Counted from the first letter of the stretch, positions 41,852 to 53,138 are shown. The stretch is DNA of 63,108 nt from an uncultured archaeon (GCA_964632315.1 CAZWEM010000022.1:1-63108); one strand, 5' to 3'. Notes: generated by a model not told the origin, from the sequence alone. Translations and numbers: made by a program.

Positions 41852-42205
41852 GTGATTAAAAAAATGTCAATATTAAAACTTCAAGAAAAAATTTCTGTAT
41901 TACCAGATGAAAAAGTCCGAGAGGTCTATGCTTCAGCAAGCAAATTAAGTTTAGATACTATAGAAGAATTAGCTCCTTCATTATTGAGAATATGTTTAGC
42001 ATCTGAAGGTAAATTAAAAAATGAATTAGGCAGGGTAATTTTCCATCTTCAAAAGACTGAGAGATTGAATACTCGAATTGGTGTTGAAAAATTGCTCCAT
42101 GGCGCCTTGAAAGTAAATGCAAAAGCAACTTTTAAGCTATTAGAAGATTCTGATGATGATGCCAAAAACCTTTCAAGCGAAATAAAAAACCTTTTACAAG
42201 AATAA
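41852..42205 (+). CDS. Hypothetical helical protein
   Basis: 117 aa ORF; TTTAAATA TATA at about 41803; start may be the ATG at 41864. Confidence 0.65.
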   Translation: MIKKMSILKLQEKISVLPDEKVREVYASASKLSLDTIEELAPSLLRICLASEGKLKNELGRVIFHLQKTERLNTRIGVEKLLHGALKVNAKATFKLLEDSDDDAKNLSSEIKNLLQE

Positions 42206-42297
42206 TTAATTTTTTCTATAATTCTTCCTTTTTTAATTGTTTGCATTTTCGAGATTTATATCTTATAATTTAAGAGATAACATCATAGAACTTGCTT

Positions 42298-43137
42298 TTA
42301 TAACTTTTCTGAACTTGCTAAAATTGCTTTTATGCCATTTCGATGAAATTCAACAAGTTCAGGGAGACTTGATATGATTGCCATCGGGGTTTTGACTGGT
42401 AAAGGTATTTTAAAAAAACTCTTATTATCATCAATTAAAATGATGCCAAAAATTTCATTTAGACGTAATGCAATGCCTTTCAAGATTCTAAAAGAATGAT
42501 CCTCAAACTGATCGGGAGATAATGTATTTTCAATATTTATGAGAACTTGTTTAATAATTTCAAATGCAGGCGTTTTAAGTTTATAAAATGCTATATTATG
42601 TGGTTCTGTAACCTCCATTTCAAGATTTTCGTTAAACAAGATAAATTTAATGTCAATATCCTTACTTCTTTGAGCAAGCAAGGAGAAAATACGCTTATCA
42701 TAATAAATTTGGGGAAAAAAAGAAGTAAAGGATTTTTTAGCAGAATTAATAAGTGTGAAAATGTAATCCTTGAGTTGTTTTTCTCCAGCAACACCCATAA
42801 AGGGAATATCCTCGGCTTCTTCTGTATTATATAATTTATCAATTACTTCCAAGCAATTTTTTGTTTTTTCTTGAACTGATTTAGAATAATCCAATAATAT
42901 TTCTTGTATTGCTTCCTTTGACTTTATCATATATAATTTCTTCTTCCTATGAATTATGTTAATTAATCCCTTTTGATTTAACTTGACAGTAGTTTCATAG
43001 ATCTTAGGTTGAGGGACTCCACTATATTTATGAATTTCCCGAGCACTTAAAACATTATATTTGATTAGTGACTCAAGAATTTGTGCTTCATACTGGGTGA
43101 AATCTAGTTCTTCAAGGAGTTCAAATAAACGATCCAT
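42298..43137 (-). CDS. TrmB-family transcriptional regulator
   Basis: FTQYEA...SGVPQPKIYE...L..KG; divergent from the ABC operon. Confidence 0.88.
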   Translation of the reverse strand: MDRLFELLEELDFTQYEAQILESLIKYNVLSAREIHKYSGVPQPKIYETTVKLNQKGLINIIHRKKKLYMIKSKEAIQEILLDYSKSVQEKTKNCLEVIDKLYNTEEAEDIPFMGVAGEKQLKDYIFTLINSAKKSFTSFFPQIYYDKRIFSLLAQRSKDIDIKFILFNENLEMEVTEPHNIAFYKLKTPAFEIIKQVLINIENTLSPDQFEDHSFRILKGIALRLNEIFGIILIDDNKSFFKIPLPVKTPMAIISSLPELVEFHRNGIKAILASSEKL

Positions 43138-43196
43138 TATTTAATTCATAATCTTTTAATAATACTTACTACTTAAGTAGTATAATATTTTAATTT

Positions 43197-44213
43197 ATGC
43201 GTTATCAAAAAATGATAGAATCAATTTCATCTAACTCAAATAAAAACGATATAATCATCGAATTCAACAAGGTGTTTAAAAAATATCCAAATGTAATGGC
43301 CTTAGAAGATATATCATTCAAGATAAAAAAGGGTGAAATTTTTTGCTTAATTGGTCCTAATGGAGCGGGTAAGTCAACGACGGTTAAATTAATAACTGGA
43401 CAAATTGCAACAACAAATGGAAGAGTATATGTTAATGAAAAAGATCCCATTAAAAATAGAAAAGAACTTCTAGGCATTTTTGGATTAGTACCACAAGAAA
43501 TCGCATTATATACTGAATTAACTGGAAGGGAAAATTTAGAGTTCCATGGATGCTTATATAACCTCTCAAAAGAAATCATGAATCAAAAGATAGATCAATT
43601 GTTAGAATTAGCAGGATTAGCTAACCGTCAAAAAGATCTGGTAAAAACTTATTCCGGTGGGATGAAACGAAGGTTGCAATTAATTCGAGCATTGTTACAT
43701 GAACCGGATATTGTAATTTTGGACGAACCTACATTGGGAGTAGATGTTCAATCGCGGAATGCAATCCATAATTACATACGAGAATTACCATCTAAAGGTA
43801 AAACCGTAGTATTAACTACTAACTATATGGAAGAAGCAGAACGACTTGCTGATAGGGTAGTAATATTGGATGGTAAAATCATTGAAGGTCCTGGAAGGGT
43901 TTTAGAGATTCAGGAATCTGTTTTTCCAAATTCAATAATAGAATTTAAAATACAGCATGATCTGCTAAAAGATGATTTTATCAATAAATTTCTGGTAGAA
44001 AATTTAAGTGGAAACATAATTTCAGAGAAAAATGTAAGCGATACGCATATTTTACTCCAAATTGTTTTTAATACCCCAAAGATTGATTACATTTTTAGTG
44101 AATTTATTTCATATATTAAAGCTCATGGTATAAAAATTGAAGAATTCACGTTAAAAAGACCAAATTTAGAAGATGTATTTTTAAAACTAACAGGAAAAGA
44201 ATTTAGAGAGTGA
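43197..44213 (+). CDS. ABC-2 exporter ATP-binding protein
   Basis: GPNGAGKS, YSGGMKRR, LDEPT, LEDVF. Confidence 0.93.
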   Translation: MRYQKMIESISSNSNKNDIIIEFNKVFKKYPNVMALEDISFKIKKGEIFCLIGPNGAGKSTTVKLITGQIATTNGRVYVNEKDPIKNRKELLGIFGLVPQEIALYTELTGRENLEFHGCLYNLSKEIMNQKIDQLLELAGLANRQKDLVKTYSGGMKRRLQLIRALLHEPDIVILDEPTLGVDVQSRNAIHNYIRELPSKGKTVVLTTNYMEEAERLADRVVILDGKIIEGPGRVLEIQESVFPNSIIEFKIQHDLLKDDFINKFLVENLSGNIISEKNVSDTHILLQIVFNTPKIDYIFSEFISYIKAHGIKIEEFTLKRPNLEDVFLKLTGKEFRE

Positions 44214-45391
44214 AATCAATGAGAGATCGTATGCGCAACCAAATTAAGGTTTGGCTTTCTAATTTTGCTGCAATCATCAGAAAAGATCTAATCTCTACAA
44301 AAAGAGTGAAAAAATACTTTTTCTCTGCCGTTATTCCTCCTCTTGTCATACTAATCATGTTTACAGCATTCTTACAGGTTAGTAATCCGGAGACATATAC
44401 TGTAATGGTTGTAGATGAAGACAACACGCACTTATCTGGAGTTATGAAAGGTTATCTCGGAAATATTACCAGTGAATTTGCACCGTGGTTTGAAGTGGTA
44501 AATGTACGTTCCTATAACGAATCGCTAAAATTACTACAAGATTATAGATATTTGGGCCTAATTTACATACCGGCAGGTTTTCAAAGTAATATAACATCAG
44601 GTATACCAGGTTTAAAAGGAACAATTTTTCTAATTGTTCAAAATATCAATAATGATTATGTTAAAAATTATATGCAAAGATTAGATGAAGCAGTGCTGAC
44701 TTTTAATCAAAATTTACATTTATCCCCTGGTTCTGTAGATGATTTCAAAATTAATCTTGATTTACATTATGCTATCGATCAACCAGTAAGTAGTCTGAAA
44801 ATGATAACTTTAGGGGTTTTATCGATATATGGAATCATATGTGGAATGCTTTTTGGAGCCTTAAACATTGCAAAAGAATTTGAAGATCTTACCATAATTG
44901 AAATTGCTAATAGCCCCGTAAGTCGAACAGCATTTCTCGCTTCAAAACAGTTAATTGCGGTGTTACTTGGGGGAATAATTTTTTTAATTTTTGCTATATT
45001 GATGTTTATATTAACTCAGATTCAATTTCGGGGGAGCTTCTTAATTATAGCTCTCGCTTTTACCTTATCTACATTGATTCATTCTGGTATTGGTTGTTTA
45101 ATCGGATTAAAGTTAAAAAAAACAATGCCAGTTATCTTAACATGCATTATAACTTCAATGTTATTATGGTTTTTTTCTGGGGGATTTGCACCATTAAAAA
45201 TTTTAGGTGATACCGTGGTTTTTGTTTCTCGGTTTTTCCCTTCAACATATTGGACAGAAATTCTAGTTAGTGAGACTTTGTTTCCAATAACCTCCTACTT
45301 ACTTCCACGCATTACAATTTTAATAATTCTTTGCATAGCTATCACATTAATCTCATGGTACATCATCTCAAAGGAGGGATTTAAACAATGA
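44210..45391 (+). CDS. ABC-2 exporter permease
   Basis: N-terminal TM, extracellular loop, five TM, SGGFAP. Confidence 0.85.
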   Translation: MKSMRDRMRNQIKVWLSNFAAIIRKDLISTKRVKKYFFSAVIPPLVILIMFTAFLQVSNPETYTVMVVDEDNTHLSGVMKGYLGNITSEFAPWFEVVNVRSYNESLKLLQDYRYLGLIYIPAGFQSNITSGIPGLKGTIFLIVQNINNDYVKNYMQRLDEAVLTFNQNLHLSPGSVDDFKINLDLHYAIDQPVSSLKMITLGVLSIYGIICGMLFGALNIAKEFEDLTIIEIANSPVSRTAFLASKQLIAVLLGGIIFLIFAILMFILTQIQFRGSFLIIALAFTLSTLIHSGIGCLIGLKLKKTMPVILTCIITSMLLWFFSGGFAPLKILGDTVVFVSRFFPSTYWTEILVSETLFPITSYLLPRITILIILCIAITLISWYIISKEGFKQ

Positions 45392-46611
45392 GCAGATTCA
45401 AAAAACTTTCGATCAGCTTAATTGCTAAAGAAATAATGAAAAATCTCAAAATTATGATTCGGGGTCCTTCACGTACAATTCTCATTACTTGTTTAGTTTT
45501 TCCTTTAATTTATCTCACGTTCATGACGTTAATCTTTGGAAGCATAAATTTCAATTTCCCAATTGCTGTTGTTCTCCCAAATTTCAACACAGATGCTGAA
45601 GTTCAAGACGCCTTAAATTCAAACTCAATTCCCAATACGCAAGAATTTCTGAATTATTTAAATAATAATAGCTATGTCGGTGACACAATTGTGAAGAGTC
45701 ACGTAGTAGCAATAGGATCCTCTTTACATGAATATGAGGATAAATTGAAAACGCAAGAAATTTCCTTAATCGTGAGATTACCTTCAGGATTTGAAAATTC
45801 AATTGCCCAACTTAAAAATGGTACCTGGTCAAATGGTCAAGTAAACATCGAATTATGGATTTTAAACATACATGAAGATTACCAAAAGAATATTTATTTT
45901 GGATTCGAAAGGAAATTAAAAGCATACTATGATAATATTTTAACTAATGAAACAGAAATTTCTTATATTTATAGAGATGCAGTGTCAGATCGCAATACTT
46001 TTCCGCGAATGTGGACTATCGGTTCTGGAGGATTAGTATATTTATGTTTATCAACTTCAATGATTATTGGAGCTTCCTTTATTTTTAATGAAAAAAATGA
46101 GCTCATGAGACAAGAATTAGCTATTGCTTCGATTAAAAATCAAGCGTTAACTTACACTGGAAAAATTTTTGCAACTTTACTTTTGACTATAGCCATCAAC
46201 TTTACAATAGGGAGTATTGTTATATTTTTCTGGGTAGGATTGCCAATGCCTGCTGATTTTTTAGGTTTTATTCTGATCACCATTGCAACAGTTTCAATTG
46301 GAGCACTTTTCGGATCTCTTTTAGGAGCTCTAATCCCCGAACAAGTTTTTACAGTTCCAATTGCTGCGTTCATCGGTTTAGCCACATTATTTCTATGTGG
46401 CGGATTTACAGACATCGAGTTATTTGATCCTACATTAAGAATGATTGTACAATGGATTCCATTTACTTATTCATATAGTATCTTCAAGAGTAGCATATTA
46501 ACAGGGGCATTTCCACCGATATTCTATATAATTAGTCTAATAGCATATATCATAATCTTTGCTTTCTCAGGATGGTATTTCTATAAAAGGTTTGTCATCA
46601 AATCTAAATAA
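45388..46611 (+). CDS. ABC-2 exporter permease
   Basis: Same topology; ATGA overlap with the previous gene. Confidence 0.85.
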   Translation: MSRFKKLSISLIAKEIMKNLKIMIRGPSRTILITCLVFPLIYLTFMTLIFGSINFNFPIAVVLPNFNTDAEVQDALNSNSIPNTQEFLNYLNNNSYVGDTIVKSHVVAIGSSLHEYEDKLKTQEISLIVRLPSGFENSIAQLKNGTWSNGQVNIELWILNIHEDYQKNIYFGFERKLKAYYDNILTNETEISYIYRDAVSDRNTFPRMWTIGSGGLVYLCLSTSMIIGASFIFNEKNELMRQELAIASIKNQALTYTGKIFATLLLTIAINFTIGSIVIFFWVGLPMPADFLGFILITIATVSIGALFGSLLGALIPEQVFTVPIAAFIGLATLFLCGGFTDIELFDPTLRMIVQWIPFTYSYSIFKSSILTGAFPPIFYIISLIAYIIIFAFSGWYFYKRFVIKSK

Positions 46612-46781
46612 ATTCCTTACTTTTTATTTTCTATATGTTCTTTTAGTTATTCTACTCTACCCAATTTTAACATTAACTAAACCATACCTGGTTAATTGTT
46701 TCTTAAATCAATTAGCTTTAAATAAATACTTCATGCGATATAAGAATAAACTATATTATAATTGAATCACGTTGATTTATT

Positions 46782-47072
46782 ATGGAGGAGAAAGATAAAT
46801 CTTCATCTGATGATCTTGAAAAAGCGTGGACCTATTACGAGAAGATTCGAGAATCTCTAACAGGCTTATATGAAATTCTCAGTATGAGTATGGATGAAAA
46901 TAACATCTTTTATCAGTGTGCAGTAGATAATTTAGAGAATCTAAAAGATACAATATTGGATTTGCTAAAACAAGATTATAATCCCAAAGAAATCCAAAAA
47001 AAGTTAAGAGATTTGGAGTTTAATATTAAGAAAAGTTTATTTTTTGAAAAAGACAAAGAAGGGTTAGAATAA
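46782..47072 (+). CDS. Hypothetical helical protein
   Basis: 96 aa ORF with ATG. Confidence 0.65.
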   Translation: MEEKDKSSSDDLEKAWTYYEKIRESLTGLYEILSMSMDENNIFYQCAVDNLENLKDTILDLLKQDYNPKEIQKKLRDLEFNIKKSLFFEKDKEGLE

Positions 47073-47334
47073 TCCTAAAGTGGAGATTTAGAAAAAAAAT
47101 CATTCTATTACCATTTGGATTGAAATCTTTTTATAATTTTGGTTCATTGGAATAATTAACCCACCAAGATTTCATAATTATATTCATAAAAGCCGGTTAC
47201 TAAGCAAATTTTTTGTCTATTTACAATTAATAAAATAACTGATTTTGAAATACATTCGGACAAGAATTAGTGCAAAATAATAAAATAAAAATCATTTTAT
47301 TCCTTTTCTAATAATAGGAAAGTGGGGATTAAAG

Positions 47335-48360
47335 TTGACAAAATTCAAGTATGAGACGAATGTAATAGAAAACATCATGCAAATTAAAATTGATGTTCCT
47401 TACAATGTGAAATTCGTGTGTTTATATTTGTTTGAATTGAACGGCAAAAGGATATTAATTGATTCCGGAATGAACTTACAAAATTGGGATCAATCATTTT
47501 ATTCGAGTTTAGATCAGTTAGGAATTAGTGTAAATGAAATTGACTACTGTATAATCACGCATATTCATACAGATCACATCGGAATGATTAAAAAACTTAA
47601 AGAGAAAAATGGGAATTTGAAAATTTTAATGCATGATGTTGCATATCGCATCCTTAAATGGGAAAAAGATGAAGCAAATCAAGAACAATTCAAAAAGGAA
47701 GCTCAAGATGCTGCGAATCTTATGATTAAATATGGGATATCTAAAGAACAAGGAAAACTGGTTTATAATTTCTTTACTCTGTGGCCTCGATATATAGAAT
47801 ATCAAGAACCTGATCAAATAATTCACGATGGCGATATTTTCTTAGATAATTTAGAGGTAATTTGGACACCGGGCCATAGTTTTGGCCATATCTGTATTTT
47901 TAATAAGGAAAATAAGTATTTATTTTCAGGAGATCATATTCTTTCCCGAATCAGCCCCCATATCGGGGCATATGTAATGAATCCAGACTTAAGACGAGAA
48001 TATGAAGGATCTCATTTTGATAATATCTTAGCTCATTATATAAATTCATTAGACAAAATAGACAAGTTAAATCCTAAAATCATCTTTCCGGCTCATCAAG
48101 AAATAATATATAATCCACATGAAAGAATACAGGAAATTAAAGCACATCACGAAAATAGACTTAGCGAAATTTTAGAAACGATAAAATCAAACGAGTTAAC
48201 AGCTTTTGAAATATCTCAAATTCATTTTGGTAAAAACCTGGATCAGATAAACTCATATCTCGCTTTAAGTGAAGTACTTAGTCATCTCATTTATTTGGAG
48301 CAGAATGGTAAAGTCATAAAATCTGAAAAGGATGGAATATATTATTTTAAAGCAATCTAA
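47335..48360 (+). CDS. Metallo-beta-lactamase-fold hydrolase with C-terminal wHTH
   Basis: THIHTDH, TPGHS.GH, SGDH, PAH. Confidence 0.9.
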   Translation: MTKFKYETNVIENIMQIKIDVPYNVKFVCLYLFELNGKRILIDSGMNLQNWDQSFYSSLDQLGISVNEIDYCIITHIHTDHIGMIKKLKEKNGNLKILMHDVAYRILKWEKDEANQEQFKKEAQDAANLMIKYGISKEQGKLVYNFFTLWPRYIEYQEPDQIIHDGDIFLDNLEVIWTPGHSFGHICIFNKENKYLFSGDHILSRISPHIGAYVMNPDLRREYEGSHFDNILAHYINSLDKIDKLNPKIIFPAHQEIIYNPHERIQEIKAHHENRLSEILETIKSNELTAFEISQIHFGKNLDQINSYLALSEVLSHLIYLEQNGKVIKSEKDGIYYFKAI

Positions 48361-48902
48361 TTAATATTCATTTTTCTCGACGAAGAATTTTTTATTTTAT
48401 ATACTATTCCGATTAATGAAATAATAGCACCTACCATCCCGCCTAATAAAAAAGTAAATAGGTCAGACCAAATAAACGTCTTATAGAACATAGTTATTCC
48501 CAGAATGATAAATCCAATTAAGATTCTAAGGAGATATTTTTTATCAACTATGAATAAATAATGTATCAAATAGAAAAAGAGAATTATTGCATGACCGCTG
48601 AAAGGTATCAGTAAAGTATAACGAGTGAGAGCGATCAATCCAACTAGTATGCATTGAATTAAGAGTAAATATGACTTTTTTCTCTCTTTCTTTATCCAAA
48701 GCCAGCAAATTTCACCTAACAATATTCCATAAGTAAAAAATACAGGGATCATATAAATGGGGGGCGTTCGGAGATTTAGAGTTTCAATTGTTGTATTGAC
48801 GAGAGGATATCCAATAATTGTGAAATATAGGAGTGCAAGTAAAGTTAGAATGAGTCCTGAACCGTAAATCACTAACCATTCGTTTGTTTTCATAATATTC
48901 AT
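48357..48902 (-). CDS. Hypothetical membrane protein
   Basis: About 6 TM; SGHA motif; coupled to the ABC permease. Confidence 0.65.
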   Translation of the reverse strand: MNIMKTNEWLVIYGSGLILTLLALLYFTIIGYPLVNTTIETLNLRTPPIYMIPVFFTYGILLGEICWLWIKKERKKSYLLLIQCILVGLIALTRYTLLIPFSGHAIILFFYLIHYLFIVDKKYLLRILIGFIILGITMFYKTFIWSDLFTFLLGGMVGAIISLIGIVYKIKNSSSRKMNIN

Positions 48903-49711
48903 ACCATTGTAATTAACTTTTCTGGATCTAATAGTCTATTACCTAAATATATGAAAAAAAGCCATAATAAGGAAATCAATAAGGTTAGAAACGATATAGA
49001 AACAGCATTTATGAAGGAGGGGTTAAAGATTTGGATTATTATTATTCCTAAAACAGGCGTGATTAATGCACCGCTAATGCTTTGAGCACTCTTCATATCC
49101 TTGGCACGAGAGCTTATGATCACGCTAATTTGGATATTTAATAATGCCCAGAATGGGGCTAATAAAAATCCAGTAAGCAAGATTGAAGGGTCCGTAAAAA
49201 AAAGGATATTTCCCTCTAAATATGGAACTATCATAACGTTAATAATAATTCCTAACGTGATAAAACACGCAAAGCTAATAAGTATTGAAGGGACAAATGA
49301 TGCTAACACTTTTCCTAATATTAATTCTGTTTTATTTATCGGTAAAAGTAAAACGCTTTCCATAGTTTTCCTCTCTTTTTCACCAGCAAATGAATCGGAT
49401 GAGATAATTATTGGCATCATCCCTGGGATGAATAAAAATAATGGAAGCACCAACATTTTTATAACCATTATCGCTCCTGCTAATGCATCATTATACTGAG
49501 GAGGAATATTGTATAATCCTCTAAGAGTAGCAGGATCCCCAAACTCACTTATAAAGCCACTTGGATCGACGATAATTCCAATTAACATAAAAATTGGAAG
49601 CAAAACCGTAAAAATTATCGGAAAGACACTCATAATTGCTAAGATTTCCTTCCTTTTAACAGAAGTTTTCCAGTCTTTCTTCATTATTCTGATGCTGTTT
49701 TTTAATTCCAT
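48899..49711 (-). CDS. ABC-2 exporter permease
   Basis: SFAGEKERKTMESVLLLP..ELILGK; ATG at 49711 behind GGAGTG. Confidence 0.88.
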   Translation of the reverse strand: MELKNSIRIMKKDWKTSVKRKEILAIMSVFPIIFTVLLPIFMLIGIIVDPSGFISEFGDPATLRGLYNIPPQYNDALAGAIMVIKMLVLPLFLFIPGMMPIIISSDSFAGEKERKTMESVLLLPINKTELILGKVLASFVPSILISFACFITLGIIINVMIVPYLEGNILFFTDPSILLTGFLLAPFWALLNIQISVIISSRAKDMKSAQSISGALITPVLGIIIIQIFNPSFINAVSISFLTLLISLLWLFFIYLGNRLLDPEKLITMV

Positions 49712-49716
49712 GTAAA

Positions 49717-50748
49717 TCACTCCTTACCTTCACCCATTAATTTTAAATATATATCTTCAAGGGAATGGACAGTTCGTTTAATTTCTAAAATATTTGCATT
49801 CTGCAATACTAATTCTTTCACAATTTTCGGTGTGACTTCATTAACATCATCAGAATAAAAGTAGATTACATTATCATCAATTCGAAAACGCTTAACATAA
49901 TTCATATTTGTCAAAATTTCATCTAAATTATTTGGTAGGGGTTCTTTAAGAGTACATATCATTTCTTGAGTTTCCCAAAGTTCTTTTCCTAAGTCACTTG
50001 GTTTTCCAATTCGCTTTATTTTTCCAGAATCAAGGATCGCAACTCGGTCACATACTTTCTGGACCTCTTCTAAGTTATGGCTATTGATGAATATAGTTCT
50101 ATCTTCACTTTTAAGTCCTAAAATTAGATTTCTAACTTGTACCGAAGCAGCAGGATCAAGTCCGGCTGTAGGCTCGTCGAAGAATAGTATTTCAGGTTCG
50201 TGTAAAATTGTCCTAGCAATCGCTAATCTCTGTTTTTGCCCTTTAGAGAGTTTTCCAGCTTTCATGTTCTTTCGTTCTTTTAATCCCATTTCTTCTAATA
50301 CCGTATCAATTCTATTATTTAAATCAGTAAGATTGAAAAAACTTCCATAAAATTGCAAATTCTCGTATAAGGTGAGATTTTCATAATTCCCATGATTTTC
50401 AGTCAAAAATCCTAAGTTTTTTCTTATTTGATGAGCGTCTGAACTAGTCACCTCTCTATTTTTGATTACTATTCTGCCAGTATTTGGTCTTAAAACGCCA
50501 GCAATACAACGTATGGCAGTTGTCTTTCCAGCACCATTAGGACCTAATAATCCAAATATCTCGCCTTTCGTAACCTTTAAAGATATACCTCCTAAAGCCC
50601 AAATTTCTCTATTATCTTCAGCATGTTTCCACTTTTTATTGAAAAATACTTTAGATACATTTTCTAATTGTATGACTGATTCCATGAGCATAAGTTCTTC
50701 ATTGATTAGATCTAATCTAAATAAGAGTTCGTTTATTATAAATTGCAT
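49717..50748 (-). CDS. ABC exporter ATP-binding protein (true start probably about 50685)
   Basis: GPNGAGKT, LSKGQKQR, FDEPT, SH. Confidence 0.92.
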   Translation of the reverse strand: MQFIINELLFRLDLINEELMLMESVIQLENVSKVFFNKKWKHAEDNREIWALGGISLKVTKGEIFGLLGPNGAGKTTAIRCIAGVLRPNTGRIVIKNREVTSSDAHQIRKNLGFLTENHGNYENLTLYENLQFYGSFFNLTDLNNRIDTVLEEMGLKERKNMKAGKLSKGQKQRLAIARTILHEPEILFFDEPTAGLDPAASVQVRNLILGLKSEDRTIFINSHNLEEVQKVCDRVAILDSGKIKRIGKPSDLGKELWETQEMICTLKEPLPNNLDEILTNMNYVKRFRIDDNVIYFYSDDVNEVTPKIVKELVLQNANILEIKRTVHSLEDIYLKLMGEGKE

Positions 50749-50870
50749 CTAAATTGTATCTGACACATCATTTGAATCTTATTAATGAAAAATAATATAG
50801 CTCTATTGCCTAAAACGTGAATAGTTGTAAAAGAAGGTTTCAAATTTATAAAAATAAATAAAGGTACCTA

Positions 50871-51317
50871 TTAGCCTTTAACCGGGCCTTTAATTGGCTT
50901 CAGAACAACACACACCCTTTCCACGGATTTCACATCGCTCCGTCCGCGAAAATTTTCAACCAGAGCATCCAGTTCGGTGATCTCTGGTACATTAACTTTT
51001 ATTAAAACGCCGCATTGCCCCGCTAAGAAATAAACTTCCTCGCATTGGGGAATGATTTGAGTTTCTCTTAGTAATTCTTTAATTTCAGATTCATTTCGAG
51101 GAATTAGTGTAATGAATGCATAAATACAGCGCTCTTCCTCTCTACAAATTTTAATCGTGAATTTTTCAATGACTCCCTCTCTTTGAAGTTTGTCAACCCT
51201 TTTTCTCACCGTGGATTCAGATAAATCAACGTGTGCAGAAATGCTTCCGTACGTTCTCCTCGAATCTTCGATGAGTAATTCTAATATTTTTTTATCTTTC
51301 TCATCCAAATTTTTCAT
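50871..51317 (-). CDS. Lrp/AsnC family regulator
   Basis: LDEKDKKIL..L.EDSR...LSESTVRKRV..L...GVI.KF. Confidence 0.92.
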   Translation of the reverse strand: MKNLDEKDKKILELLIEDSRRTYGSISAHVDLSESTVRKRVDKLQREGVIEKFTIKICREEERCIYAFITLIPRNESEIKELLRETQIIPQCEEVYFLAGQCGVLIKVNVPEITELDALVENFRGRSDVKSVERVCVVLKPIKGPVKG

Positions 51318-51410
51318 TTTGGCTCGTACTCTCCTTTCTTATTAATCATATTAAAAAAAATTTTAATTTTTAAAAACAAAAAAAATTATTTTATTGATGG
51401 CATTTTAATT

Positions 51411-52373
51411 TCAAGTCACTTTTTCGACGTATTTTGGATAATCTTTCAGTAGAGGGTCGAATAATCTTTCATATTCTACAGCCATACAATGTATACCTGC
51501 TGCTTTCGTAGTCTTCCTGATTTCCTTGATAAATGGTTCGAAAAATTCTATATTAATTTTATCTAAGGCTGCATACTTTCCTTGCTTGTTTCCCTTGTTA
51601 TCCTTTTCTGCTTTTTTAAGCGCCTTTAGTAGATCTTTTGGAACGCTAACACCGGGAATATAATTATCGAAATACCAAGCGATTCCATGGGATTTTAATG
51701 GAAAAACCCCGAGAAGCACTGGAACATTGAATTGTTCTAAATCTTTTAAGAAATCTTTGGCTTGATCAATATCAAACGCAGTTTGGGTTTGAATGAAATC
51801 AACCCCTTGTTCTACTTTTCTTCCAACCTTAAGGATTTCTGGTTCACGTGGATTGCTATTTGGATTGGCTACACATCCGAAGTTCATCTCTATCTTGCCA
51901 CCTAGAAGTTCATTGCCTTCATAATCTGTTCCCTCATCAATCATGATCGAAAGCATTTCGCAGAACTGAGTACTATCGATATCGTACACAGGACGCCCCT
52001 TTTTGTGGTCCCCAAGAGCTGTATGATCACCAGTTAGAGTTAGGATGTTTTTCAAACCCAAAACGGCTCCAGCGACAACATCTCCAAAAAGAGCTACGCG
52101 ATTCCTATCTCTAACAGTGACTTGCCACACCGCTTCAATACCCACTTTATCTTGAATAAGATAACTAGGGGCTAATGATGACATGTATGCATCTCCTTGA
52201 GGACCATCGGTCACGTTAGCAGCAACGATTTTACCCGTTTTCTTCATTTCTTCTGCTGAGTGAAATATCTCACCAAGATCGAGTATTTTTTTCGGCTCTA
52301 GCTCCCCTGTGAAGACGAAATGTCCCGCTTCAATTGCTTTACATAATTTACTAAAAGCTGGTCTTTTTGCCAT
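51411..52373 (-). CDS. metF: Methylenetetrahydrofolate reductase, copy 2
   Basis: ELEP, NVTD, RDRNR, LTGD, FIQTQ; ATG at 52373 behind GAGGAGG. Confidence 0.88.
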   Translation of the reverse strand: MAKRPAFSKLCKAIEAGHFVFTGELEPKKILDLGEIFHSAEEMKKTGKIVAANVTDGPQGDAYMSSLAPSYLIQDKVGIEAVWQVTVRDRNRVALFGDVVAGAVLGLKNILTLTGDHTALGDHKKGRPVYDIDSTQFCEMLSIMIDEGTDYEGNELLGGKIEMNFGCVANPNSNPREPEILKVGRKVEQGVDFIQTQTAFDIDQAKDFLKDLEQFNVPVLLGVFPLKSHGIAWYFDNYIPGVSVPKDLLKALKKAEKDNKGNKQGKYAALDKINIEFFEPFIKEIRKTTKAAGIHCMAVEYERLFDPLLKDYPKYVEKVT

Positions 52374-52374
52374 T

Positions 52375-53070
52375 TTAATCTTTCGCCTCCTCAACTTCTT
52401 TTTCGTTAGTATATTCTTTATAAATTGGAATATAACCAGGACTCGTAGAAGTACGATAATCCCTAGGACCTCTATACTTCTTGAAAAGATCTAACCTATC
52501 AAATTCTTTTAATCGTTTCCAAATATTAACCCACGCACAGGGAATAGTGTATCCTCCGACCTCACACATTCCATCAACCATTCCTCCGCAAGGGCCATTA
52601 CTTAAATGTTTAGCACATCCAGCTCGGGGACAAACGCCACCAGTTTCACCTATCACGCAATCCCCACATTCTTCACAATACTCTATGAAGTAGTTCTCAC
52701 CATTGTTTTGAACTCCTCCAAAATGGCTATTTTGAGCCGGAAATGTCAAAATTTTGGGTAGGACTTTGTTTAACATCACCACTCCTAAACCACAAGCCAG
52801 AGAGATGATGGCATTGTATTTCTCTACATGAGGGCCAACCGTAGTTGCTGCGATCCTATCATCGCATTGCCGTAAAACGGTTATTGCCTTCCAAGTTAAA
52901 TCCTTTCCTTGAGTTCTTGCTTTTAATTCGAGAAGTTGCCCAAGAACTTTCGCTTCGTTAAGAGATCGTGGCGGTTGCACGCATCCATCACAGCCCGCGA
53001 TTAAAATTCTATCGTAGTCTTTTACCATCTCATAAATTTCATCAATATCTTTCAATTGAGTTATAATCAT
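52375..53070 (-). CDS. metV: MetV, copy 2
   Basis: CDGC, RQC, CEECGDC..TGGVCP..CAK.L.NGPCGG..CEV..CAW. Confidence 0.88.
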   Translation of the reverse strand: MIITQLKDIDEIYEMVKDYDRILIAGCDGCVQPPRSLNEAKVLGQLLELKARTQGKDLTWKAITVLRQCDDRIAATTVGPHVEKYNAIISLACGLGVVMLNKVLPKILTFPAQNSHFGGVQNNGENYFIEYCEECGDCVIGETGGVCPRAGCAKHLSNGPCGGMVDGMCEVGGYTIPCAWVNIWKRLKEFDRLDLFKKYRGPRDYRTSTSPGYIPIYKEYTNEKEVEEAKD

Positions 53071-53138
53071 ATTACTTTAACTCCATTTTCCTTTTTTTCT
53101 CAAATTTCATTTTAATTTATTTCACTAAAAAATCTAAT

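Noticed and set aside
46559-46765. 68-aa ORF after the ABC permease
   Set aside because: Overlaps the permease end, has a TTG start without RBS, and runs through a T-rich terminator/promoter region
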